64,000 nt of DNA from Macrostomum hystrix. Its lineage: Eukaryota; Animalia; Platyhelminthes. Below are positions 48,621 to 60,400 of the stretch, in pieces. The DNA is taken from contig CATNEN010000038.1 of the NCBI GenBank assembly GCA_950097015.1, forward strand, positions 13,454,001 through 13,518,000. The letters are read 5' to 3'. Below the pieces are notes generated by a model. It did not search any database and had not been told where the DNA came from. It saw only the letters and a list, made by a program, of their open reading frames with translations. The first letter of the stretch is position 1. Every line of letters begins with the position of its first letter. Both the position numbers and the translations under genes were made by a program.

Positions 48621-51600
48621 CTTGGCTTTTGTCTAAAAATGGACTTTCACTGGCCTGATTACCACGGGGGATGCGCTACAGAAGCCTGTTTGTGCAGCGG
48701 CCGTGCTTCGATGCGGTTTGTGCTTCGTGTTTTTGCAACACGAAGAATTGTAATGGGGCTTTTATGTGATCATGTATATGGCCCGTGTTCGAAAACTGAT
48801 TTCTCTTCATCCTGCTCCGCTATCAGTACTCTTTGTGATAAGGGGTGCGGTCCGCAGGGTCAAATAAGGGAACCTATAAGACAGATTGGTGGCAAGTGTA
48901 CTGTATAGAACGTCGTACAGTGAAGGCAGCAGCAGTTAGTAAGTAGTAGAACAATCTAGCGCATTGTTGGCCAACGATAATGACACCCTATTTATAGTTT
49001 TCAAATATTACGTAGTAACAAATGGCATAAAAATACCTATTCGCGGCTAACAAGCTATCCAGTACACGAAATATATAATTTCGATTATATGCACCCACCA
49101 TATTACTGAAATGAGGTAGTAGGAATGCGAAGTTTAATATGTTGCGGAATATAGGATATCGACACATAATCTGTTGACAACGCGTCAATGCGTCACATCA
49201 GAAATCGACGTGAAGGTTTGACCAAGGTCACAAAATTATTTTTTCAAGTGTGCAGACTAGACACTTGACTGGGAACGCGTAGACATTAAATTATGCTTTT
49301 GAGAGCGTAGATTAATTTTGTGACGTCATTTCATGCAAAATCCAGTCGTTCCCTCTTCGTCACTTTTTTGCCATTCAAAATGAAATATTGCATTGGAGTA
49401 TTGGCTATTCCTCATCTAAAGACAAGAAAAAATACTGAAAACTCAGCCAACGACCTCCGACCACTGCAGTGCGACATACAAAAATTTCTGGTATTCCAAC
49501 CTGACTATTATAAGCTGTTGTTGTGAATATGCCATTGTACGATAAGCGAGAAAGTATTGGCACAATTCGTTTTGTTACATTCAACTTTTATCATGGTGCA
49601 CATGGTGAAAATGTACCACGTGAAACAAAATCCGGAGCGTCTTTAAAAACAGAGCTCAATGCTTCGCCGTTTTTCAACTTTCTAAAAATGTTTTAATTTT
49701 TACAGAATGGCGCCGCCGCATGTATAAGAGGGCAGGACCCCACGCACCGTCCGTACTTCGTCGTACATTAGTGCGTACAACGTCCGCCTAATGTTAATAA
49801 GCTAGTCATTTAGATTTAACCAAAATGGTAGCATATAGCCACGTTAGCGACATTTTACCGCGCAGTAAAATGTCGCTAACGTTAGGCACGGCACGGCTTA
49901 GTTTTCATTTTCAACTTGTCTCTTGTCTGATGTGTAGGCCCTATGACCTATGGGCCTATACTAAACCCACCAACCAAGCCTCGTCCTCAACTAGGTTGGG
50001 CTTGAGGGGCTTTAAGTGGAGCTGGTGCTTGCCAGGTGGCATTTAGTTTGAATGTCACATATATATAATTATAATATAATTTATATAGGCTTTGGATAGG
50101 CTAGGATAGATAAGACTAGTGCTAAATACAAGTATAAACTTATATGGCTATACTTCTATCACTAGGCTTACCATATCAAATATTAGCATAGTATTAATCG
50201 AAGCATAGGCCCTAGTAGCATAGCTGCTTGCTTATTATATAAATTTTTATTAAGTATTTGGCAAGTTGCTAACACACTTAAAAGTAAATAGCCTAGGCCT
50301 AGCTTTTTATGAGTTAGTTTTTTCTTGCTTTATTGTCCCCCCTATTAGGCCTACACCAGTTTTTTTTATTTTTAGTAGGCCCTAGGCCTAATGCAACATG
50401 TACATAACTAGGCCTAGCTCAATTTCTTCAAGTTTAGGCTTCGTGTACCATGTACTCAATGTCCACAGTCCACTAAATGTCATCATTTGTAAATAATCTT
50501 AACTTCTATCTTAATTCATAATGAATGTTTTATTCTGAGCTCATTTGTTTCTATTAGGCCCCTACTCTTAGGATAAAGTGCTAAGTAGGCCTACAGCTTT
50601 CTGTAGTCTTTAAAAGAGCAATGGACAAAGTTCATACCCCAAAGATTGATCTAGTCAATTGCTTGCTAGACCCTAGCCACCTAGCCATTTGAGCTAGGCC
50701 TATAGACTGGGACTGGGAGATTATAGCCTTTAAGTGTAGTATTCTGCCATGACTATAGTTCAGATCATGTACTAGGCCTACTATGCCCGAATTTCTTTGG
50801 CTGGCATGCATGCTATGCATTGGTGTATATTTCAAGGGGTTGGCATGCACCCTGGCCCTGGTAGGCCTATGCATGTCATGTATTCATACATTAAAAAAGT
50901 AGATCAAATATGCTGCTTGGTTTGTATTATCAACATCTGATAATTGTGAATTGTAAAATAAAATAGTAGGCCTAGTAACAGTGTAAAACACATAAAAACT
51001 GTAGCAGTGTAGTAACATACTTAAATGTACTATAATCTATACCAATAATTATGGACTTTGCTTGACAAAAACAAGATGTTCTGTAAGCTATCCAAATGTC
51101 ACAATTTTTTGTTAAAATTTACACCTAATTTAAATACTTTAAACACTTCAAATTAAAAATTTTCTGTATGCTTTATTGTTTTTTGTTACAGTTTAAAAGT
51201 AGCTTTTTGCTTTTTAATTTAAAAAATGTTAATTTATATCTTTTTCAAATTATAATTATAACTTTTTTTCTTAATGTGCATGTTTCTGTTCTGTACACCA
51301 AACTGTCTAACCATGGCACCAAATCTAAGTTTTTCCGATTTTTAGGTGTGCACCCAACATGATCCAGACTATGGTGCCACTATAGATCAAGTGAAACTCT
51401 CACAAACTTAGTGCAAAAAGCTATTTTAGCTATATATCATCTAATAACCCAACAATGATAAACATAGCTAGCTACTTAAATCTAATACTATAGCTTACTG
51501 GGTTTTCCCCTCATCATGAACCTTGGTTTTTACTTGTTGTCAGTCAATTTAATGCCAGGGCTAGTTTATAATTTTATTTTTTTATTAAAAAATGAGATTA

Positions 51601-52317
51601 TTGTGTTTATAGGATATAGAAAATATGTTGTAATATGGTAATCTATTAAACAAATTAAATTAGTTCTAGGTAAGCTTATAATTAACGATATTAAAGGGTA
51701 GGAGATTAAAGATAAAATATTGTTTTGTATCATTTATAGGTATAGGTTATTCTTATCTTGATATATTTAAGGCTGTATTATGGCCAATTGTTGAATTTGA
51801 CTAAACACTTAACCTATAATATTTAACTTTAGGGCCAACTATACCAGATAAAAGTGTATAAATTAAAATGAAAGTATATCCATCTATAGACAAGCACTTG
51901 TAAGCATTTCAGTCATAACATTCTGTTCTTAAGCACTAGGTTGGCTGAGCTGTCTATAGTTAAAATCGGTGATTATGTGCCTCTATTAAAAGTGTCTTGC
52001 ACATATAAAAAACTTCTGCTTTCCATTTTTTGTTTATCTAGCTATAAAACAAGGACCAAAAGTTACTACTAATGTACTTATTTGACTAGCTATGGTAGCC
52101 CATGCCTAGGGTGATGGTCCAGATCATTTCAGCTTTCTGAATGGACCTATCTCATGATATGGCTCATAGCTTATCTAGGCTAAATGTAATTTATATTATA
52201 CTTTCTATGGGTCTAAACTAGCTTTAATATATTAGACCTGCTATTAATATTCTCTATTGTGTTCCTAGCTAATACTCCTATATTGTACCACACTGCAGCA
52301 GTCAGTCCAGATGAGAG

Positions 52318-54666
52318 ATGGCAACCGCTGACAACTACACAGCAGAGGTAGACTTTGCCAATCTGCTGGACACCAATGGTGCTAAGTCTATTGCTGTAGT
52401 GTGTCTTAATACGGATGATGCTACCACCTACCCCATTGATTTGCTGCTGCAATTGAAAAATCGAATTGTGTATTTAGCACTAGTTGATGGCGCTTGCAAT
52501 CTGTTCTATGACACTAGCAATCTGCGTGCTAATTTTATACCACAGCTAGTTACTGGCGATTTCGATTCCGCTAGGCCAGGTGAGTTTTTCAGGCTACTAA
52601 ATTAAACGGTTCTTGTTGGTAGATGATAGTGCTACTGCCATATTTGGTTGCTAAAGTTGATGTTTTCTGTGAATTGAGTATGCTGTTTATAGCTGAAGAT
52701 GTGTGGATAAAGGATAATGCTGCTAAAGTTGAAGATTTATGAATAGAGGATGCTGTTATAGTTGAGGATTTGTGAATTGAGGATGCTGTTATAGTTGAGG
52801 ATTTGTGAATCGCGGATGCTGTTATAGTTGAGGATATGTGAATCGAGGATGCTGTTATAGTTGAGGATTTGTGAATCGAGGATGCTGTTATAGTTGAGGA
52901 TTTGTGAATCGAGGATGCTGTTATAGTTGAGGATTTGTGAATCGCGGATGCTGTTATAGTTGAGGATTTGTGAATCAAGGATGCTGTTATAGTTGAGGAT
53001 TTGTGAATCGCGGATGCTGTTATAGTTGAGGATTTGTGAATCGAGGATGCTGTTATAGTTGAGGATTTGTGAATCGAGGATGCTGTTATAGTTGAGGATT
53101 TGTGAATCGAGGATGCTGTTATAGTTGAGGATTTGTGAATCGAGGATGCTGTTATAGTTGAGGATTTGTGAATCGCGGATGCTGTTATAGTTGAGGATTT
53201 GTGAATCGAGGATGCTGTTATACTTGAGGATTTGTGAATCGAGGATGCTGTTATAGTTGAGGATTTGTGAATCGAGGATGCTGTTATAGTTGAGGATTTG
53301 TGAATCGAGGATGCTGTTATAGTTGAGGATTTGTGAATCGCGGATGCTGTTATAGTTAAGGATTTGTGAATCAAGGATGCTGTTATAGTTGAGGATTTGT
53401 GAATCGAGGATGCTGTTATAGTTGAGGATTTGTGAATCGAGGATGCTGTTATAGTTGAGGATTTGTGAATCGAGGATGCTGTTATAGTTGAGGATTTGTG
53501 AATCGAGGATGCTGTTATAGTTGAGGATTTGTGAATCGCGGATGCTGTTATAGTTGAGGATTTGTGAATCGAGGATGCTGTTATAGTTGAGGATTTGTGA
53601 ATCGCGGATGCTGTTATAGTTGAGGATTTGTGAATCGAGGATGCTGTTATAGTTGAGGATTTGTGAATCGCGGATGCTGTTATAGTTGAGGATTTGTGAA
53701 TCGAGGATGCTGTTATAGTTGAGGATTTGTGAATCGAGGATGCTGTTATAGTTGAGGATTTGTGAATCGAGGATGCTGTTATAGTTGAGGATTTGTGAAT
53801 CGCGGATGCTGTTATAGTTAAGGATTTGTGAATCAAGGATGCTGTTATAGTTGAGGATTTGTGAATCGAGGATGCTGTTATAGTTGAGGATTTGTGAATC
53901 GAGGATGCTGTTATAGTTGAGGATTTGTGAATCGAGGATGCTGTTATAGTTGAGGATTTGTGAATCGAGGATGCTGTTATAGTTGAGGATTTGTGATTCG
54001 AGGTTGCTGTTATCTAGAAATCTATTATAATTTACTATATCGTTTTATCGAGCATTGATCATTATCTGATTGCTCTTAAAAATTAACATCCAATTATTGC
54101 GGATTCGCGCAGATGTCCTGAAGTACTATCAGAACCTGTCAGAAACGGAAGTGATGCACACTGCGGATCAGGAGCGCACAGACTTTGACAAGTGTCTCTC
54201 TTGCCTATTGGAAAGTCAAGTCGATACTGCTGAGGATTCTCGCTTATCAAGTAACGTAGGAAATAAAAGTGTGAGCTGCATTTTAGTACTGGGCAGTCTC
54301 GGTGGTAGATTAGACCACACCATGGGCAATTTAAATACCCTGGTGAAATGGTCACATGTGAGAATCTACTTTGCCACTAGACAGGATTTGTGGATTTGTC
54401 TGCCGCCGGAAATCGGCGAACTTTCTGGAGTCCGGTGCCGCTTGCGAAGACCTCAAATGGGTGACTATGTGTCATTGGTTCCAATGGTTGGGCCGTGTCT
54501 CAATGTGCATAGCACCGGATTGCGCTGGAACTTGACTGGCAATTCGTTACAGTTTGGCGGCCTGGTATCTACGTCTAATGAGGCTGTTAGTGATTGCGTC
54601 ACAGTCAGATGGGCTGGCGGGCACCTGCTGATCACGGTCACTTACCGTTTGACGGCTCAGGCTTGA
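52318..54666 (+). CDS. TPK1: Thiamine pyrophosphokinase. Exons 52318-52579 and 54113-54666 (271 aa)
   Basis: Motifs VVCLN, LVDGACN, VTGDFDSARP|D, DQERTDFDKCL, LGGRLDHTMGN, GLRWNL...FGGLVSTSN. Phase-1 GT-AG intron. AATAAA at 54696. Confidence 0.93.
52720..54012. repeat. 33-bp intronic minisatellite (GGATGCTGTTATAGTTGAGGATTTGTGAATCGA), ~38 copies
   Basis: Tandem units fill the TPK1 intron. Confidence 0.97.
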
Positions 54667-55571
54667 ATCTCTGAGCGTTACCAGAAACTGGCAGTAATAA
54701 AGAGTTCAAATTATTTTTTGTAGCTTTCATTCGTTATTATTTACTAATACAAGTACCATTTGATCGCTATGCTTAAACCATGTTTTTTCATCTTTTTTTT
54801 ATCTCGCCACGTCCTCCCGCCAGTGAAAATTGTGATTTAAAGAAACGCTCGTGTTATTTTAAAAGTTAATTTGTAGAAATGTCTGTCACAAAGAGTTCAT
54901 TTAAGTTTTGTTTCTAAATAACTTTCATTCTTGTTTCGTTTTGTTTAAAAGCAACGATGATATTCCAAGGTCACTTACTTGTCTGCCTTTTACTGATTGT
55001 AAATAGCAATAAAAAATAACTACTAATCATGCATTTTAGGTTTCGTTTACTTTACGCCACAGATAATACGCGCGTATATAACTGTGTTATATATTATCTG
55101 TGCTTTACGCTTATGTGACCAATCTGTTTATTCGAGTATAATTTAAATCATTCTTTGTCAAGCGTTTGTGTATCATTCAACGACTTGGTTAGAAAATAAT
55201 ATTATATTGTAGCCTAGTGCTGAGCTAGCTTTTGCTAGTTAATTAGCCTAATAGTTATGGTATACATAATTATACTTTCATTTTTATTATTGAGATATAT
55301 ATCATATTAGAATATTTTTACTATTTCGTCATAAGGCAGCGGAGAAGAGATAGAAAACTGACCGTAGCAAAGAATATCGAATTATAATATTGAAGTGACT
55401 TGAACATCTTGTATGAGACGGGTAGAAAATAAAGATAAAATTGTAAGAACTAGTTCTGAACTGACTAATAATACGAGCGTATTGCTTTATTTTATTGCTC
55501 AATTTTATTCAATACGTTTTTGATCTACTGGATCTAAAAATATGCCGTATTGTTTCAGACGACAACTAAAA

Positions 55572-56951
55572 ATGTCCCAGCAGCAGCGAATGCCACCTCC
55601 CACTGGTTCGCTGCCTTTGCTCACCGCCTACGACGACGAGGACGAAGATGAAGACGAGCAGCCGCCGGCAAAAGAAGACTTTGACATGGAAAATGAACAG
55701 CAAGATGACCCGGAGCGAGTAGCGGATGACCCTACAAGTGCAGAGCCTGCAGTGCAAGAAAATACTCCCGAGCCTGCTGGGGGCAAGGAGGAAGTAACTG
55801 AGGAAGACATTTGGAGCGGGCCTCCCAAAGCTAAGCGGCAGCGATCGTCTAGCAGCGGCCATGGTGGATTCGGTGGTTTGCCGACATTCGAAATCTCCGA
55901 CGAAGAGGGCGGACCCGCGGGCTCTGGTGACAGCGACGACCAGGACAATCGTCCGCCGCCGCCTACAAATCGCGCCTCGTCGTCTTTGAGTGCCGCTGCT
56001 AAGCCGAGTGCCAAGTCTCGGCAGCAGCCGCGGCTGGCCAAAGTTAGCAGCCTGGTTACCTACGGCTTGAATGACACCGACTCGGAGCAGGACGAAGACA
56101 GCGACTCTGCCGGCGACGCTAATGCTGATGATGATGCCGAAGATTCCCAACACGAAGATGGTGGAGAAGGCGATGGACACGAGGCCGATCATCAGCCTAT
56201 GGCTAATGCAGATGAGGCAGCCACAGCCGATGGTCATGATAGGTTAGGTGATCCGTCTGCTGATGGCGGCGGCGGTGCCGAAGTTGACGAAGCAGCTGCC
56301 GCTGAGGTTTCAGCAGAAGTCTCGGATCCTGACGAGCTGGTCCGGGCTAATGCGCGTGCCAAGGCTGACCAGCTATTACAGTCGCTGGATAGTGGCGGTG
56401 ATGGCAGCGGTGGCGACCCGGCCGCGGCCTCCCAGTTGACCCTGCCGCCACCGCCGAAGGAGCCGCCAAATCGCGAAGTTCAGGCCAAGGTTCATCAGCT
56501 GCTGGAGCGCAAGCGTCGGGGCATCGGTATTAACCTGATCGATCACATCACTAATAACAAGCGCTATAGGAATCCGTGCATGTATGAGAAGTTCATCACC
56601 TTTCAGGGCATCGATGATAAAGGGACTAACTTCCCGCCTAGCGTGTTCGATCCTTACATTTGGGATAAGCACAGTTATTACGATGCCCTGCTGCAGGTGC
56701 AGACAGAGTCAGAGGCTAAGCGTATTCGAGCCACTGGAAATCGAGATCAGCAACAGCAGCCGCAGCCCTTAATGCAGATTGCTTCTAGGAGGCCGCCAAC
56801 TGGCTCCGACGCTGCTTCCGTTGCCGCTGCGATGCTGGCCCGTCGGTCCAGCAAATGGGACACAGGCTCCTCCGCAGCCGCCTCCGCCTCCACCGCCTCC
56901 GTGGCTGGGGCCGCAGCCGGTGTTGGAGCATTTATTAGGAGAAAGCCTTGA
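55572..56951 (+). CDS. SAP30BP: SAP30-binding protein (HCNGP domain), single coding exon
   Basis: Acidic N-terminus. LPPPP...VQAKV...NKRYRNPCMYEKFITFQGIDDKGTNFPPSVFDPYIW...YYDAL and C-terminal RRSSKWD are hallmarks of HCNGP/SAP30BP. Confidence 0.92.
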   Translation: MSQQQRMPPPTGSLPLLTAYDDEDEDEDEQPPAKEDFDMENEQQDDPERVADDPTSAEPAVQENTPEPAGGKEEVTEEDIWSGPPKAKRQRSSSSGHGGFGGLPTFEISDEEGGPAGSGDSDDQDNRPPPPTNRASSSLSAAAKPSAKSRQQPRLAKVSSLVTYGLNDTDSEQDEDSDSAGDANADDDAEDSQHEDGGEGDGHEADHQPMANADEAATADGHDRLGDPSADGGGGAEVDEAAAAEVSAEVSDPDELVRANARAKADQLLQSLDSGGDGSGGDPAAASQLTLPPPPKEPPNREVQAKVHQLLERKRRGIGINLIDHITNNKRYRNPCMYEKFITFQGIDDKGTNFPPSVFDPYIWDKHSYYDALLQVQTESEAKRIRATGNRDQQQQPQPLMQIASRRPPTGSDAASVAAAMLARRSSKWDTGSSAAASASTASVAGAAAGVGAFIRRKP

Positions 56952-57464
56952 TCTGTATTCGCTTTTAACTTTATTATGCTAAATCGTGAGAAGACGACAG
57001 CCTTTGTGAGGCCATCAATATTGTGTAGTTTCTAACTTCTCAAATTTGTATTAATAATAGTTTGTACTATTCTTATTGCTTTAAAAACGTGCTGGCTTTG
57101 GGCTTGAAAATATTAGCTGCCGATCTATTTATAAGCTATTGATCGCTGTATCAAAAGTTGTGTAAATGCCAACACTAAAGTCTAAATACATGCTGTTCAG
57201 AATACCTGCAAATTATGTTGCTTTGTTCCTTTTTTCTCTGAATATTAGCTATATATCCTAAACGCTTGCGTAATTAGGTGGTCAAATACTCTGATTCTAT
57301 TTGACCTCTATCGAGGTAAATCTAGGCATCATATTCCTGTAATTATGTTTCTGATATACCTGTTACAGGTAGGTTTCATGTCGCACCTTTAGCCTGTGTC
57401 TGATATTAACACTAAAGCAGTAATCTTGATTCCAGAACCGGCTCGAGTGTTTAAATCAATCGGC

Positions 57465-60400
57465 ATGTTTCGTCGAACAATTCGCAGTCGAGTCTTTCGC
57501 CGGCTCTGCTATCTGGCTGCTGGCGGTGGCGCCCTAGCTGTTGCCACCCTGCAGGGCGTGCCATGGGCGCTTGAGAGCTACAATTTGCGCCGTGACTATC
57601 AGCCGCCTAGCAAGACGGATCCACGCCTCATCGAACTCATGGACGCCAAGCTGCCCACAAGGAAGGAGCAGCTTGCTGATTTGGCTTCTGGTGAGTTTGT
57701 CTAGACTGTCAGATAAAATTTCTGAACTGCTTCAGGTGGAATGCCTAGACTGTGTCAGATAAAACTTCTGAACTGTTTCAGGGGGAATGTCTAGACTGTT
57801 TCAGATGAAATTTCTGGACTGTGTCAGGTGGAATGTCTAGACTGTGTCAGATGAAATTTCTGGACTGTGTCAGGTAAAGCGTCTGGACTGTGTCAGATGA
57901 AATTTTTGGACTGTCAGGTGGATCAGCGTTTGTTACAATAAATGCCCAATGACGAATTCGCTCTCGTTGCAGTTGAGTACGACGTGCTGATCATCGGAGG
58001 CGGCGCCACCGGCTGCGGCTGCGCTCTGGACGCGGTCAGTCGCGGCCTGCGTACCGCCCTGGTTGAGAAATTCGACTTCTCAAGCGGCACCTCAAGCCGC
58101 AGCACCAAGCTCATTCACGGCGGCGTGCGCTACCTGCAGAAGGCTGTGTTCAACTTGGACTTAGAACAGTATCGGATGGTGAGGCTGTCTGTCGATTTAG
58201 ATCGCAATGTCTGATCCTATAAGATTTCAGAAATCCCTGTGTCTTTACCCATCGGAAAGTCTAAGATTGCACTACTCAAATTGTTATCACCTGTTTGAAG
58301 GTCTAAGATAGCACTAATCCATTTGTCGTCGCCTGTTTGAAGGTCTAAGATAGCACTAATCCATATGTCGTCGCCTGTTTGAAGGTCTAAGATAGCACTA
58401 ATCCATTTGTCGTCGCCTGTTTGAAGGTCTAAGATAGCACTAATCCATTTGTCGTCGCCTGTTTGAGGGTCTAAGGTAGCACTAATCCATTTGTCGTCGC
58501 CTGTTTGAGGGTCTAAGATAGCACTAATCCATTTGTCGTCGCCTGTTTGAGGGTCTAAGATAGCACTAATCCATTTGTCGTCGCCTGTTTGAGGGTCTAA
58601 GATAGCACTAATACATTTGTCGTCGCCTGTTTGAGGGTCTAAGATTGCACTAATCCATTTGTCGTCGCCTGTTTGAGGGTCTAAGATTTAACTGATCTCT
58701 GTGTGATTAGCTGAAAAATGAAGATCTCTGCTGACACTATGTCCCAGTTACTCCAGGTTATCCGCAGTTTAATCCCTATCGCAACAACTCAATCCATCTC
58801 ACAAACACGCTAACCCCCGCTAATAACAGGTGCGAGAGGCGCTAAGCGAGCGCGCTAATCTGCTGCAAATTGCGCCACACCTGAGCTATCCGCTGCCAAT
58901 TATGCTGCCAATCTATCACCTGTGGCAGTTGCCCTACTTTTGGGCCGGCATCAAGATGTACGATTTGGTCTCCGGCACGCAGATTCTAAAGCCATCTTTC
59001 TATTTGAGCAAATCGCGAGCTCTTGAGTACTTTCCAATGCTGCAGAAGAACGCTCTTAAGGGAGCTCTGGTCTACTACGATGGTGAGTGAATTCTCTTGA
59101 GTCGCTAATCGCTCATTCATTCATATGGGGAGTTAGGCTGAGGCATGAATACGAGGTGCATTCAAAAAGTTCTTTTCGGTGCTCAGCAAAAATTAACAAA
59201 AAACGTATGGAACAATGAAAACATGTTTAGGTCATTCAATGTCATTCGGTCACTCAACATATTCACCGCCAATGTCCTTGCACTTCTGCCAGCGATGCAC
59301 CAGACCTCTGATTCCAGTACCCACGCCTCTCGCGTCCGTTTCACGCACCGCACCTTGGCAAGCAGCTTTGATGTGCTCGACGCTGTCGAATCGAATGCCC
59401 CGAAGGTGCTTCTTCACAGATGGGAATAGGAAGAAGTCACAGGGTGACAAATCGGGCGAGTAGGGCGGATGTTGCAGCACTTCCCAGCCCCAACCGCTCA
59501 GGAGTTCGACAACATTGTGCTTGCGATGAGCCGGCGCATTGTCATGCAGCAAGATCACACCAGACTCCAGCAAACCAGGGCGCTTCTTTCGAATCGCCGG
59601 GCGCAGCTTCTCTTGCAGAATCCATCTATAATAGTCCCCATTCACAGTTGTTCCATGTGGGACTGCCCAGTTCAGCAGAATTCCCTGGACATCAAAAAAC
59701 ATGACGTGCATGATCTTCAATGCACCCTGCTTCCTGATGGCCTTCTGAGGCCTTGGAGAATCGGCTGGAAGCCATTCAGCAGACTGGGCCTTTGTCTCCG
59801 GATCCCAGCTATAAACCCATGTTTCATCTCCGGCAACGATTCTCGAAAGAAAATTCTCTCCTTCTCGCTGGAAACGGCGCAGGTGGTTGGTGGCGGCCAG
59901 AGCACGTTGCATCGTCTGCTCACCTGTCAGCAGGTGTGGCACCCACTTGCTGAATTTCTTCTGCAGGTTGAGACGCTCTGTCAGAATGGTGTGCACACTG
60001 CCAACTGACACTCCGACATCTTCTGACAGCTCTTCGCAAGTCAGTCTGCGATCATCATCCAGGAGCTCCTGCACTTTCTTCACCACGGTCTCGTTGGTGG
60101 CAGTCATCGGTCTTCCAGAGCGTTCGTTGTCCTCGACGCTCTCTCTGCCTTCAGCGAACAACCGGAACCACTTTCGAACAGTCTGTTCAGTTGGTGCACT
60201 GTCACCAAACACTTGCTGAAGCTCTCTAAACATCTCCGGAGGTTTCTTTCCTTGCAGGAATTGGAACTTCATCAAGCTCCGAACGTCTTGCTTTGAAAAA
60301 GATTCTGCCATGGCCAAGAAATAGAAGGGTAGCTTAAAAAATTGCTTGTAGCTCAGACACAGTCACCAGCTAAGGCTTAAAAACTCAGGAAGGTTTAGGC

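Noticed and set aside
52589-53836. 415-aa SSIHKSSTITA repeat ORF (mucin/antifreeze-like)
   Set aside because: Antisense read-through of the 33-bp intronic minisatellite of TPK1. No real start or signal peptide.
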